This document shows, one piece after another, positions 50,416 through 63,148 of a DNA stretch of 64,000 nucleotides. Each line of letters starts with the position of its first letter. The stretch's first letter is position 1. The notes under the pieces were generated by a model that was not told the origin of the DNA, did no database searches, and saw only the letters and a program-made list of their open reading frames with translations. Source of the DNA: Octopus bimaculoides (lineage: Eukaryota); NCBI RefSeq assembly GCF_001194135.2, contig NC_068997.1, positions 37,825,416-37,889,415 of the forward strand, read 5' to 3'. The position numbers and the translations under genes are program-made.

Positions 50416-51895
50416 GCTAATAGTTAACAAAATGAGTTCAGAAAAAACAAAAAATCGCATAAACTTAACAGACTGGATTACCAAAAGCATTTCGATAGTA
50501 TACCTATCACTTTTCACAACGGGTTTGTGCATGTTGCATTTTCCTTGCTCAATTTCATCTCGGATCAGCCAATCCTTGCGTACATAATGTTCAGCTCTTG
50601 CTCTGGAATTCCATACGCACAGGAAGCAGCAAAATTCAGTATATCCAAGCTGAAGGCCAGTAAGCATGGCCACAACCTTAAAATCTGCACAAATATGCCA
50701 GGTATGGTCATCATACTGTATGCCTGTTAGAATTGCTTTCAGATTTTCATATGATTCTTTCATGGTTGTGCTATAAGCTATGGAAACAGAAGGCAGAGTA
50801 TTACCATTGCGTAGTAGAACAGCTTTGATACTGTCCTTGGATGCATCTATGAAAAGTCGCCAGTCGGTTTTATCATATGGTATTTCCAGTTGCTCAAAAA
50901 GTTCAGTGATGTCATTACAAAGGCATAAATCATCCTTCATGGTGAATAATGCAAGTAAATCCTCTGTACGCATTCTGTACAGTGTTATCTTCACTCCTTT
51001 CTCAAGAAGATTACGTTCTTGAAGCCTTGATGCCAGAAACTCCCTTTTCTCTTTGGTTAAATAGAGATCCCTGCACAAGTCATTCAGAGCCTCTTGAGAA
51101 AATGGTATTGGTTTCTTCTCGCTTTCTGGATCATTGGGCTCCACACATTCACCACTGGAATGTTCATCAGCACTGTTGGAACTCTGCATTTCTTCATCTG
51201 GAGTTTTGGAGACAGGTAAATTTTCTAAGTGCTCTACTGGGTGCATTGCTGATTGCAAATTTTGGTAAACAATGTGTTTCTTTTTCTTTGCTGTAGTACA
51301 GCCTGTAAAGTCATGGTGACAGAAATAGCAATCATTAGAGTGATCTTTCTGCTCACGCCAAATCCTTGGCACACCAAACTTCATGTGAACATTTTTTCTG
51401 CATACCAGGCACTCAATGTCTTCACACATGTAAGGCAACACACATGAGGAGCCTATTACTTATCCTGGTCTCCTAAGTAATAATCGAAGTACGCCTTGTA
51501 TAAATTTTTGATATGGCGTGTAACACTGCGCTTTTCTTTAGCAAAAGTCAATTCCCCACAGATATAACAGAATCTGTTTGGATCATTTTTGCACTGTCTT
51601 GCACTCATTGTTGTAAACAAATAAGATCTGAAAGATAAAAACTAACATTAAACACGAGCTTTGAATCACATTGTAGGTGTTACTAAGATTAGTCTCTAGC
51701 CCTGGGTTGAAATCCATTTTACAATGCGGTAGAAAATTTTATTTAATAATAATGACAAAAAGGGTATACAGTGACAATTCTGAAGAAACCATGCTTAATT
51801 CAATAAAAGAAAAAGGTCAGAAATGGATTTCCTATGTCATTTTGCATATAAAAATGGCTACAGATCTCTTGTACTTTTATGAGTGTTGCACAGTG
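50416..51895 (-). mobile_element. Chapaev3-like (CMC superfamily) DNA transposon, 3'-truncated
   Basis: Terminus CACTGTGCAACA at 51895. ATG at 51608: MSARQCKNDPNRFCYICG..LGDQDK**APHVCC; VPRIWREQKDHSNDCYFC; WRLFIDASKDSIKAVLL; GLQLGYTEFCCFLCVWNSRAR. Family label is from motif recall. Confidence 0.7.
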
Positions 51896-52329
51896 TGGAG
51901 CAACAGGATACATAACAACACCCCTGGAGCAAAGAACGGCTGAGCTTGGAATCTTGGTGAGCGAATGCAAATCCTTAATTCATACGCTAAAAATAATCAC
52001 GATATCTGGGACTATAAAAATCTGCAAGACCTTAAAATTCAAAGAGTGATAGTTAAATCAAGATACTTTCCTTCCCAAACTTGCTACCAAGTCGGTGGCC
52101 AGTCAAAATTTACTGTAAATTAAAAAGAGAAAACATACATACATACATACATACATACAGACAGACATACAGACAGACAGACAGACAGACATACACACAC
52201 ACATACATACATACATACATACATACATGCATACATGCATACATACATACATACATACATACATGCATTGGAAGCGACAAGTCGCGTATTTGGCGTGGGA
52301 TACTATTTATCGAAAATACGATGAATACT

Positions 52330-53459
52330 ATCCCCAACTTTGAAACCACAACTATCAGCGCTGTTAAGTAACTGGTGAATCTTCAGATGAATTAACTGAG
52401 AGATACTTTTATCCATGATTGTAATGATTTAGGACTGAAACTTGAATTTACCACGCAGAGAGTTACTACAAACAACATGACTGGACACATGATCAACAAC
52501 ACAACCAAGGAACAAAACGAAAACAACAGCTCAACAGATAAACAGATTCTTTCTAGCTGTAGAAGAAACCATAATTTCAAAACTCATTTCTCTTGGAATT
52601 ATGAATTGAATACTGATCTATTTAACTGCTTCAAAAAAGCGAAACAAAACTCTGCTGTTGGCTATATGAATCAACTGAAGTCATGTTGGGACGATCTGCA
52701 CCAAGAATTAAATCATTTTACTGTGAAGGAATTACGCCAACAAGCAACATTTGTGGAACGTAAGAAGAAGGTTCGTGACTGTAACTTTATTAAAAAAAGA
52801 CCTGAAATCAGTCTTCTTCCCAACTAAACAGTCCCCCTACTACGACTATGGTAAATAGCATGCAGAATCCAACGATTATTGTTGTAGTAGTAATTGTAGC
52901 AAGGGTTATATATCGGTGAAATGTGCCCTTACTGAAATTTTCCGAGAAAAAATAGCTTTGGTTCTGAAGCACTCTCTTAAGGAGAGAGTATTCTCTACCA
53001 AAGTAAAAAAAAAAATACCAGATACGGTACTAAAATCTGTTAACGAAATTGGAGAGGAATATTTACAGCAGTGTAATGAACCTACATTCTGGCAGATTAA
53101 CGCCTGTCTCTATGCTCTGTCTACTACTGCAAAGAAGTACATGAATGACATTCAAAAAGTGTACAAAGACGCAGGAGTGGCTGTGTGGTAAGTAGCTTGC
53201 TTACCAACCACATGGTTCCAGGTTCAGTCCCACTGCGGGGCATCTTGGGAAAATGTCTTCTACTATAGCCTAGGGCCGACCAAAGCCTTGTGAGTGGATT
53301 TGGTAGACGGAAACTGAAAGAAGCCCGTCGTATATATGTATATGTATATNNNNNNNNNNNNNNNNNNNNNNNNNNNNNNNNNNNNNNNNNNNNNNNNNNN
53401 NNNNNNNNNNNNNNNNNNNNNNNNNNNNNNNNNNNNNNNNNNNNNNNNNNNNNNNNTAC

Positions 53460-53505
<46 letters not shown>

Positions 53506-56400
53506 TTGTCTGTGTTTGTCCCCCTAGCATTGCTTGACAACCGATGCTGGTGTGTTTATGTCCCCGTCACTTAGCGGTTCGGCAAAAAGAGACAAAGAAT
53601 AAGTCCCGGGGCTGACTTGCTCGACTAAAGACGGTGCTCCAGCGTGGCCGCAGTCAAATGACTGAAACAAGTAAAAGAGTAAAAGAGTAAAACCAAAACA
53701 ACAAAGAAAGTACCATCATGGTTTTTGAAGACAAAGAAAAAGATACCTGATTTACGGAAGACCATCAACAATGTAATGATGTTTATTGCGTGCAAACAAG
53801 CAAATCATTATACCTCTCACCAACAAAAAGTGAAAAAGGAGAAAAATCATGATGTTTGGAGACAGCAAAAAGAGGACACTCACTTGCAAACTGATCACAC
53901 TCAAGCAGGAGCTAAAATCTGTCAGTGAAAAACTCCGACATCAGAAGAGAATAACCAAGAGAAAAACAGTAAATAAAAAATTTCACCAGAACCAGGCAGC
54001 AGTATAGAGACACGAGGGGAGAAGCAGTGAACATCAGAGAAGCTCCTTCACGAGAAGACAGACTCCTTTTGGAGGAAAATCTGGAGTGAACAGAAGGAGA
54101 TTAACCAAGATGCTCTGTGGCTGAAAGAAATCCGAAAAAGTTATTATCCCTGCATTACACCCAAGACATACAGGATGGATGGTGATATTCATGTAAGTGT
54201 AATCAAGAAACCCCAGGATGGAAAAGCACCCGGAAAGATACTTGATTCTTGGATATTTGTACAAGATGGTAACCTTCACCCGTCCATTTCTTATCAACCT
54301 GTACCAACAATGGGTACAATAGCATACCACACTGGTTAGCCCTGGCAGTGACAAAATTGATCTTCCAGTGCAGAACCACCCACATAACAAAAGACTACCG
54401 GCCAGTTGCATGGCAGAACTTAATATATGATATACACAGCATGCTTAAACCTCTTCTTCCAAGACCATTATGAAACCAGTAATATCATCACAACAGAACG
54501 AGCAGCTGGGAAGAAGTGAGTCTGACGATGTGCCGAGCAATTGTTAATAAAAAAAACTGTGGTGTCAGAGGTGCAGGAGCACAGGAGGAACCTAGTATCA
54601 ATGTGGCTAGACTACAAGAAATTTTTGACTTTGTTCCCCACTCATGGATGCTAGAAGCCCTTCAACTTGCTAAAGTTCCAGTGAGAATAGTCAAAGCCAT
54701 AGCCGACCTGATTCATCGTGGGTCACCATTTTGAAATTAAACACAAAGAGTGGCTGTATAATCACTGATAGAATACAGTATCACAGAGGCATATTCCAAG
54801 GGGACAGCCTCTCTGTGATGTTGTTTATACTTTCTGTAAATCCTTTGTCATTCATGTTAAGAAAGTCTGAAGGATATCTCACTGGTTCACAAGCAAACGA
54901 AAATACCAAAAGTACCCACTGCTCGAGATGAAAAAGAGCCTTGACCTGGTTACAACATTCTCAAAGGATATAGGCTGGAGTTTGGTCAGGATTAATTTTG
55001 TTATATGGTTGTGAAAAGGTGGGGAAACTGTAAACCAAACTAGTAACATCTCCATCAATGACTTGACTGTTTCCTTTGTATCTAATGAGGAATGCTGCAT
55101 GTATCTAGGGATGGATGAAAAGATATCTTACAATGTCACCTGTAATAAAACGCATGGCACTCAAGAATATTACAACCGAATAAAGAAACTTTGGACCTCG
55201 GAATTCTCTGCATTCAATAAAACAGTGACCTACAATATATTTGCAGTGCCAGTATTCTTACCAACATTTGCATTTAGGTTGCTTGATTGGACGCTTGATA
55301 AGATCCGAGCTATTGATGTGAAAACCCAGAAAATACTAACTAGCACACAATTTCTCCATAAACAGTGATGTAGATCGTCTCTACCTAAAACGAACACAAG
55401 GCGGCAGAGGTTTAACATCAATCCAAAGTGCCTTTGAATGTCGTATCATATCCCTTCGGAAACATCTTTTAGCCACCAAGTGTTGAAATGCATCCCATGA
55501 CCAACTTTTCATACATGAGGCTGATAACATCATAAGACTTGGAAGGCAACTCCTTGAACAGCATTCCCTGTCTGATAACCTTAAATATATGCCCAAAGAA
55601 GTCGCACGACTCTACCGCAACGTATCTTCAGATGACAGGATAAGCATATATGAGCAGAAGATTGTGCATGGATGTGTTAGTAGAATGTTCCGCGATGACA
55701 GTAACATGGATCATGAAAGCCGTTTATCATGGATCAACAACCGGATTACTACCTTCCACTTTGAAGGGTATGCGTTTTCAATCCAGGAATAGGAAATATC
55801 AATCAAATACCTGATGCACAAAAGATACAGAAGTGCAGGAAAAGCAGTAAAGTGTGAGAACCGATGCAGACTTTGTGGAATTGACATCGAATATATCAAT
55901 CATATCATACGCAGTTGTCCAAAAATGTTATCACAGTATTAACTACCGATGAGACATGATGTAGCTAGGACACAATATAACGAGCTCCGTCGAAAGGATA
56001 ACCCCGAGGACAAAGAAATAAGAACCTACAGTATGGTGGAAGCCAAAGCCACTCAAAATAAAAAGCAGTACTGGTGGAATGCCCCAGTGAAAACGCAAAT
56101 AAAATGTAAACACAACAGACCTGTTATAATGATTTGGAATAGAGAAGAGAAACTATATACAATTGTGGAAATCAGCTGCTCAGCGAATGTTAACATGAAG
56201 CTGGAGATCAGTGAAAAGGAGAATATCCACGATGAACTATTGAGAAATCTGCAGTTACTCTATCCAGATTACAAGTTCACGTCTTAATTGAGGCACTGGG
56301 ATATACAACACGATGCCTAAATACCAATCTTGAGAATGTTAGGCTTCTGAAAACCAGAAAGGAGAAACCTGATTCGAATACTACAGATCCAATCCATCAC
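52330..56400 (+). mobile_element. Near full-length decayed R4/Dong-like RLE LINE interrupted by a SINE
   Basis: N-terminal FSWNYELNTDLFNCF..GYMNQLKSCW; KAPG; FDFVPHSWMLEAL; RGIFQGDSLSVMLF; RLYLKRTQGGRGL; CRLCGIDIEYINHIIRSC; HNRPVIMIW..IVEISC. Confidence 0.9.
53165..53692 (+). mobile_element. SINE family A nested in the R4-like LINE
   Basis: Complete head GCAGGAGTGGCTGTGTGG, B box GGTTCAGTCCC, and (GTAAAAGA)n tail. Confidence 0.9.
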
Positions 56401-56667
56401 TGCAACTGTACATATAAGTATATATCAGCATGTCTACATATGCAAATATATGCATGAGAAGACATACATGAAACAAAATATACAAATCTGCACGTATACA
56501 TACATACATACATACATACATACATACATACATACATACATACACACATAGATACATACATGCATACATACAAACATACATGTGTACACTTAACGCTGTT
56601 CACAGGTAGATTCAGCACGACACAGAATGTAACAAGGATGATATAATTGTACAATTATATTTTAGTA

Positions 56668-57265
56668 TAATGGGTGTTATGTCCGTCTGTTCGTTTGTCT
56701 GTTTGTTCCCTCTTCACGATCAAACGGCTGGACCAATTGTCACGATGTTTTTCAGGATTACAAAGGAGACAATCAGGAAGGGTTTTAGCAGGAAAAAAAA
56801 ATGTGCAAAAGTATGATTATTTAGTAGATATTGAGTTTTGTATTAATAAATCACCTTTGATATTTCTTGTTAAAATCCCAGCGACGAAGATTAACTCTGG
56901 ATTTCCACGCCGTATATTTCGTGAACATACAGGGTTTAGACTTGCGATACTACCCCATTATTTCACATCGTAGATAGGTAGATTTGCTATCTTACTGTAA
57001 CGGGCGTTATTTCCGTCTCTCCGTCTCTTTCTCTGTTCCCGCTTCACGGCCAGACGGCTGGACCAATGGTTACGATACTTTTCGGGAAGGTTTTTAGCAT
57101 TAAAAAAAATTCAGAAAGTATAATTATTTCATGGATATCGATTTTTGAATTGATAAACCACCCTCGCATTTTTATTAAAAATATACCGGCCACGAGTAAC
57201 TCTGGATTTTCATCGTATAGTTCGTGGCTTCATCGTAGTTACGAAGCGGATCGCGAGGACGCTTA
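56668..57265 (+). repeat. Two diverged tandem copies of a roughly 330-bp Helitron-like non-autonomous unit
   Basis: Units start at about 56668 and 56997: A(T/C)GGG(T/C)GTTAT(G/T)TCCGTCT..TTCAC..ACGGCTGGACCAAT. Confidence 0.5.
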
Positions 57266-57479
57266 ATAGCGATAATAAAATGAAAAAAGTGTGTATAAGT
57301 ATATATATATATAGTGTGTGTGTGTGTGTGTGATTATTTAGTGGTTATTGATGTGTGTCAGTCCCGAGCAGAATTCGAAACGCCTAATCGAAGCGGCTGT
57401 TGTTTACAATTTTGTCAATCAAAATAACCTATGGTACTAGAACATCCAGACATTATTTGAATAGAACAGTGAGAAGTAG

Positions 57480-57694
57480 GTCTTAGTTTGATCTTTTGCA
57501 ACCCTAAAGATCCCGCTCGCGCATTCACAGCAAAAAGGCACAGGACCAGACTTTAGATAGTGTCGGTGTATATTTACCCACTCCGATGCTTACATGGACA
57601 ATTATACCTCGCTATGAGTAGAGCAACGGACACCAGTAATTTGAAACTCAGTGTCGACCAAACGGAAATTATCATCTACAAAGAAGTTTTGTAA
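57480..57694 (+). pseudogene. Helitron PIF1-type helicase C-terminus
   Basis: KAQDQTLDSVGVYLPTPML / HGQLYLAMSRATDTSNLKL..IIYKEVL*, the SF1 motif V/VI region. Confidence 0.85.
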
Positions 57695-58200
57695 TCATAT
57701 TGATATTATCGAAAGGAATATTGTTCATAATTTAAATTTGTGAACTTTGAATATATAAAAGTATAAACAAGCGTAAAATACTGTAAACAACTAAAATAAA
57801 AGTATAAATAATATTTTTTCTTAATATTTTTTATGTAGTGGTCGAAGGAAGCCCTGGCTATCGTTAGGAGTGGTTCACATAACCATTCATGATACAAAGG
57901 CTGGGAGCCTATTTCAGTTCGGGAGTGAATCGTCATCACATGCTACTTAGTCGCAAATACATGTCATATAGCTGCAAGAGCTGTATCACCACCAATAATG
58001 TAACATCCCCCAGTAATCAATCAAGTCCATTTACACATTTCTCAATACGTACTGCTGTTGTGACTGTCTTTCCTCATCGTAGATTCGCTAGTTTGTATAA
58101 TTACATTGTACAATGCATTTTTGCCAACCGAGTGCTAAATGGAATGGAACAACAGTCATACGTTTATGTGTGTGTATATGTGTGTGTGTGTGTGAATGTG

Positions 58201-58274
<74 letters not shown>

Positions 58275-58388
58275 TATGTACGTACATAAATACTCATATG
58301 TATATATATTTGTATAACCATGCGATATATATTACATACGCACACGAATGTACATACAAATAAATATAGAAATGTGTGTGCGTGTGTG

Positions 58389-58427
<39 letters not shown>

Positions 58428-58770
58428 NNNNNNNNNNNNNNNNNNNNNNNNNNNNNNNNNNNNNNNNNNNNNNNNNNNNNNNNNNNNNNNNNNNNNNNNN
58501 NNNNNNNNNNNNNNNNNNNNNNNNNNNNNNNNNNNNNNNNNNNNNNNNNNNNNNNNNNNNNNNNNNNNNNNNNNNNNNNNNNNNNNNNNNNNNNNNNNNN
58601 NNNNNNNNNNNNNNNNNNNNNNNNNNNNNNNNNNNNNNNNNNNNNNNNNNNNNNNNNNNNNNNNNNNNNNNNNNNNNNNNNNNNNNNNNNNNNNNNNNNN
58701 NNNNNNNNNNNNNNNNNNNNNNNNNNNNNNNNNATATATATATATATATATATATACACACAAAATTAGG

Positions 58771-59083
58771 GAATGGAGTAGATAAAATTCAGGCTACATG
58801 TGTTTCATAGCTAGCAGAAGCTCGGAAGTAATAATTACCTCGACGAGGGGTAATCCGGTAGCTACTCGTCAGGCCGAAGACAGTTTAATGAAATGAAGTT
58901 TACATTGTCGTCGAGGGATCCTCGAATCTCCTGCGACTTAATATGGGATCTCTAGACGACAATGTAAACTTCATTAGATTAAGGTATCTTTGGTCCGACG
59001 ATTACCCTTCGTTGGGTAATTACTACTACCGAAGTACTGCTGGCTATGAAACATATGTAGCCTGGATTTTATCTACTTCATTC
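58771..59083. mobile_element. About 310-bp imperfect foldback element
   Basis: Arms GAATGGAGTAGATAAAATTCAGGCTACATGTG..AAGTTTACATTGTCGTC and their reverse complement ending TTTTATCTACTTCATTC, with a short central loop. Confidence 0.7.
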
Positions 59084-59324
59084 ACTCATTTGGGATTTTT
59101 ATTCGCATACACGACAATCCCAGCTGCTAACAATGAACAATTAAATAACTTTTTTCAACTTATCGAACTTCGAAATGGGAAAAATTTACAATCCTCTCCG
59201 TCATTAAATCACTATTGTCCCTGAAGGTTGTTTTTTTATACCTTCTACGGACTGCTAGAAGTTTACTAACTTCCTACACCTCGATCCTTGGATCTTACTT
59301 TTACTTATATACATAGTAGTTACG

Positions 59325-59356
<32 letters not shown>

Positions 59357-59415
59357 TGTATGTATGTATGTATGTATATAGATCGGNNNNNNNNNNTATA
59401 TATATATATAGTAAT

Positions 59416-59454
<39 letters not shown>

Positions 59455-61799
59455 ATGTGTGTGTAGTAATTACACAAACGTATCTATACACGCACATACA
59501 CACACATATATAAATATGTATGTATGCGTGTATATTTGTGTATCTATACATAAAACGTAGTTATTAAATCAGATATAATCTAATTTAGCATCACAGAAGT
59601 TAGGCTTTATTGGCGGGTTCTGGTATACATAATATATTTGATAAAATATACAGCATTATACGTTTCCCTATGAATATCGAATCAGATTACGTCTGGTTTA
59701 GATATGTAATTGCAAAACTATTCTACTCTCATTTTCGAACTTTATAGTACTTCATAAAATTCAAATATTACCTGATCATAAAGTATTTTCCTCATCTTAT
59801 ATTAAGGCATATTTTTATACATTTGTAATCATTTTCCAGGTTGGGGTTCAATTTAAATTAATTCTAAACTTTTGTTTTCACTTTTCGTTATATTTTGTTA
59901 GAATTAAATAAAACTAAACAGTATTAAAAAGGTGACAGCCATTTTCTCCTTTTAGTTTGAACCAAATAGACACCATATTTATAAGGGAGAGAAAGTATTT
60001 TGTGATGTTTATTCTGTGTCTATTGGACATTTACGTCGTAGGTGACGTGAAATACTATCTTTAAACAATAACCTATTACAACAGAAATGACTGAGAACCC
60101 GCCTCAACAGCTCACAGTATTTCGTTACGTCGATTGATGTTCTACGTTCAAATTCGATGAGATTGGTTTTAAGTTTCATCCTTTTATGAACATGTACCTT
60201 CTCAACACGTACTTGGTCTTGTGTTAAAATTAATTATCAATATTAACCCTCTATAATGGAAATATTGCTCCTACATCAGAAATGAGCGTAACGAAAATTC
60301 AATTACCGCTGAGTCCGGTTCAGTTTGGGCAGGCCTGATTATAGAAACGTAGAAAATGAAATATTTTTTTTTCTAAACAATCTCCTTTCTGAAAGTCTTT
60401 CATTATCTTATACTGATGTTTTTATTGCAGTTCGATGAACGAAACTTTTAAAAATTTAAATAAATCTTTGAATTTCCTGTTGATAATGAATAATGTTGAG
60501 GATGATAATACCATTGAATTTCTTTTGGAATATAATCATATTTCTTGAACGATGTATTTCGTTCATGTCGGAGTGAGAACAAAGTAACTTATATTGGTTT
60601 GGATAATTGAGACGCCAGTTACTTATTGTGAATGACATTTAAAGGTTAATCATTGCTAAACAATAACACTAATATTTATGAGATATCACTCTATGAAATT
60701 ATTTCACGTTGGTGTGGGGTAGTGTAATGGGATGTTTTCAAATCAAGTGTTACAGAAGTAAATCGCTAAACGATTATGTCATTTTCCAGGTAATCGATTA
60801 AAGTTTGTCTTATACAACTCCATTAAAAATACATCAAATTTTACTCTCATTGTAGTGTGTTTGAGTCTTATTCTATACGATGAAATTTAATAAGCGACAT
60901 TTTGTTTAAAAGAACATAACAGTCTAATATTTAGTTAATTAATTATACAAACTGGAATTTGAAAGGTAAGAAATCAATTTAGTATTGAATATATAAAAGT
61001 GTGTCACCAGTAATTTTATAATTTATGAGATTTAATAAAAAATTTTCGTCAATTTGTTTGTGGCGATCTCATATTATAAAAAATTAAAACAATAAAAATG
61101 TTACCTCATATAATAATAGAAAATCTTTTCGTAAGAAAAATCCACTTAATCCAGCGTAGGATCCTGTTTAAGATTGTCAGTGGGTTCGCAAAAATTTTAA
61201 GAATCCTCAAAAGTAAACACGATTACCAGGAAAAATGCGCGCTGGAGATAAACGAAGATAGGATTGGTCGTTAGGCGTGTGTTCCACTACTAAATACCTT
61301 TTTTATGATGATACATAAACGGGTAGACGGTAACAAAACCCGTCGAAAAATATTTCAATTTGGCAATATAAAAGCTTCAGTCAAGGGTATAAGCAAAACA
61401 AAGAGATCACACCAACAAGTATCACATGTCGATGTGTATGGAAATAAGGTCATTACTGCAGTCGATATATGTAATAGAAAACGCTACTGATTTTGGAGTA
61501 GGGGGAGGTGGCTTGTAAAGCTATAACAATTACATTCAGAAACACACATTGAAAGTTGTTTGCGTCGGTGTATAAACATATGTACACACACACACACACA
61601 CACACTTACGGTGTGTGTGTGTGTGCGTGCGTGTGTGTGTGTGCGTGCGTGCGTGTGTGTGTGTCTGTGTACGCGTTTGTGTGTTTGTGTGTGTCTGTGT
61701 ATGTTTATGCGTTTGTGTGTGTACTACCGCTAACATGCTACCTTAAAGATAGTGGTTTCCTAATGACAAGTGGGTTCTGATATACAGATTATACATATA

Positions 61800-63148
61800 C
61801 AGGGTGCGATGGGTAAATTGTCAACATTTCATATTATTTATTTCGCACATGCGCATTGTTTGTATTTGATTTTGCCGACTACACAGTATGTTAGGGTCAG
61901 TTGGGCACCGTCTATGAGAAAAACAGCACCATGACACAATTCATTCTGCCAGAAATTTAGAAACGACATGCTGTACTACTTGGCATTCGCGCCGAAAGCT
62001 CCAATACAAACATTTCAGAGTGTTTGTGTGTCAATCTGAGGACAGTGCAATCTGAGGACAGTGCAATCTGAGGACAGTGCAATCTGAGGAAAGTGCAATC
62101 TGAGGACAGTGCAATCTGAGGATAGTGCAATCTGAGGACAGTGCAATCTGAGGACAGCGCAATCTGAGGACAGCGCAATCTGAGGACAGTGCAATCTGAG
62201 GACAGTGCAATCTGAGGACAGTGCAATCTGAGGAAAGTGCAATCTGAGGACAGTGCAATCTGAGGACAGTGCAATCTGAGGACAGTGCAATCTGAGGATA
62301 GTGCAATCTGAGGACAGTGCAATCTGAGGACAGTGCAATCTGAGGACAGTGCAATCTGAGGATAGTGCAATCTGAGGACAGTGCAATCTGAGGATAGTGC
62401 AATCTGAGGACAGTGCAATCTGAGGACAGTGCAATCTGAGGATAGTGCAATCTGAGGATAGTGCAATCTGAGGATAGTGCAATCTGAGGACAGTGCAATC
62501 TGAGGATAGTGCAATCTGAGGACAGTGCAATCTGAGGACAGTGCAATCTGAGGACATGTACCAAGAGTGATAAAAATCGAACATCCTGTCAACATCGTGG
62601 TGTTTGAAATGATCACTAGAGATGGCGACTTTATGCCTCCATTCATCTTCCCACACGGCTTCAGATTCAACATGGAGGCCTACATCAAGTGCTTGGAGGA
62701 GGCATGCTTCCCTGGGTCAAGAGGGTGGCTGCTACAAGGCTCTTCACCATGCCGCACAAGCAAGACAACCCAGTCATGGCTGTCAGACAATTTCTGTGAC
62801 CACATCACCCCCAATATCTGACCACGTAACTCCCCAGAATGCAACCCCCTTGATTACAGTTGATACAGTTGAGCGAGAGACCAACAAAACTCCTTGTAAC
62901 AACAAAGATGAACTAAAGGCAATTTATTTAGCAGCATTCACCAACCTAAACAAGTGTTCAAAAGAGTTGCAGGAGATTCCAAAGTCGCCCGGAGGCCGTG
63001 GTAAAAGCCAATGGCGATTTTATTGAATAAATTTTCTCTTTAGTATTTCAAGATATCTATGTAATTTTGGCAAATATATCTGTTAAAATGAGATGTCAGT
63101 GTTGTTTTCATTTTTGAGTAATTGAGTAATTTAGACGACAGTTTATTC
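61800..63148 (+). mobile_element. DD37D (maT-type) Tc1/mariner transposon, internally deleted, containing a minisatellite
   Basis: TA|CAGGGTGCGATGGGTAAATTGTC left TIR. HPVNIVVFEMITRDGDFMPPFIFPHG. 37 residues between the degenerate second D site (LQGSSPC) and NSPECNPLD. The right TIR runs into an N-gap. Confidence 0.85.
62033..62556 (+). repeat. 16-bp minisatellite, 32 full units plus a 12-bp partial unit
   Basis: Unit AATCTGAGGACAGTGC. Variants occur only at unit positions 11 (C/T/A) and 14 (T/C); no indels. Confidence 0.97.

Noticed and set aside
59830-60970. Several splice-like sites (TTTTCCAG, TTATTGCAG, AAG|GTAAG) suggesting plus-strand exons
   Set aside because: No consistent open exon chain or recognisable protein could be assembled.
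61957-62673. Long repetitive ORFs (PQIALSSDCTVLRLHC)n and a possible CRISPR-like array
   Set aside because: They are translations of a 16-bp tandem repeat with no unique spacers and no cas genes, inside a eukaryotic transposon.
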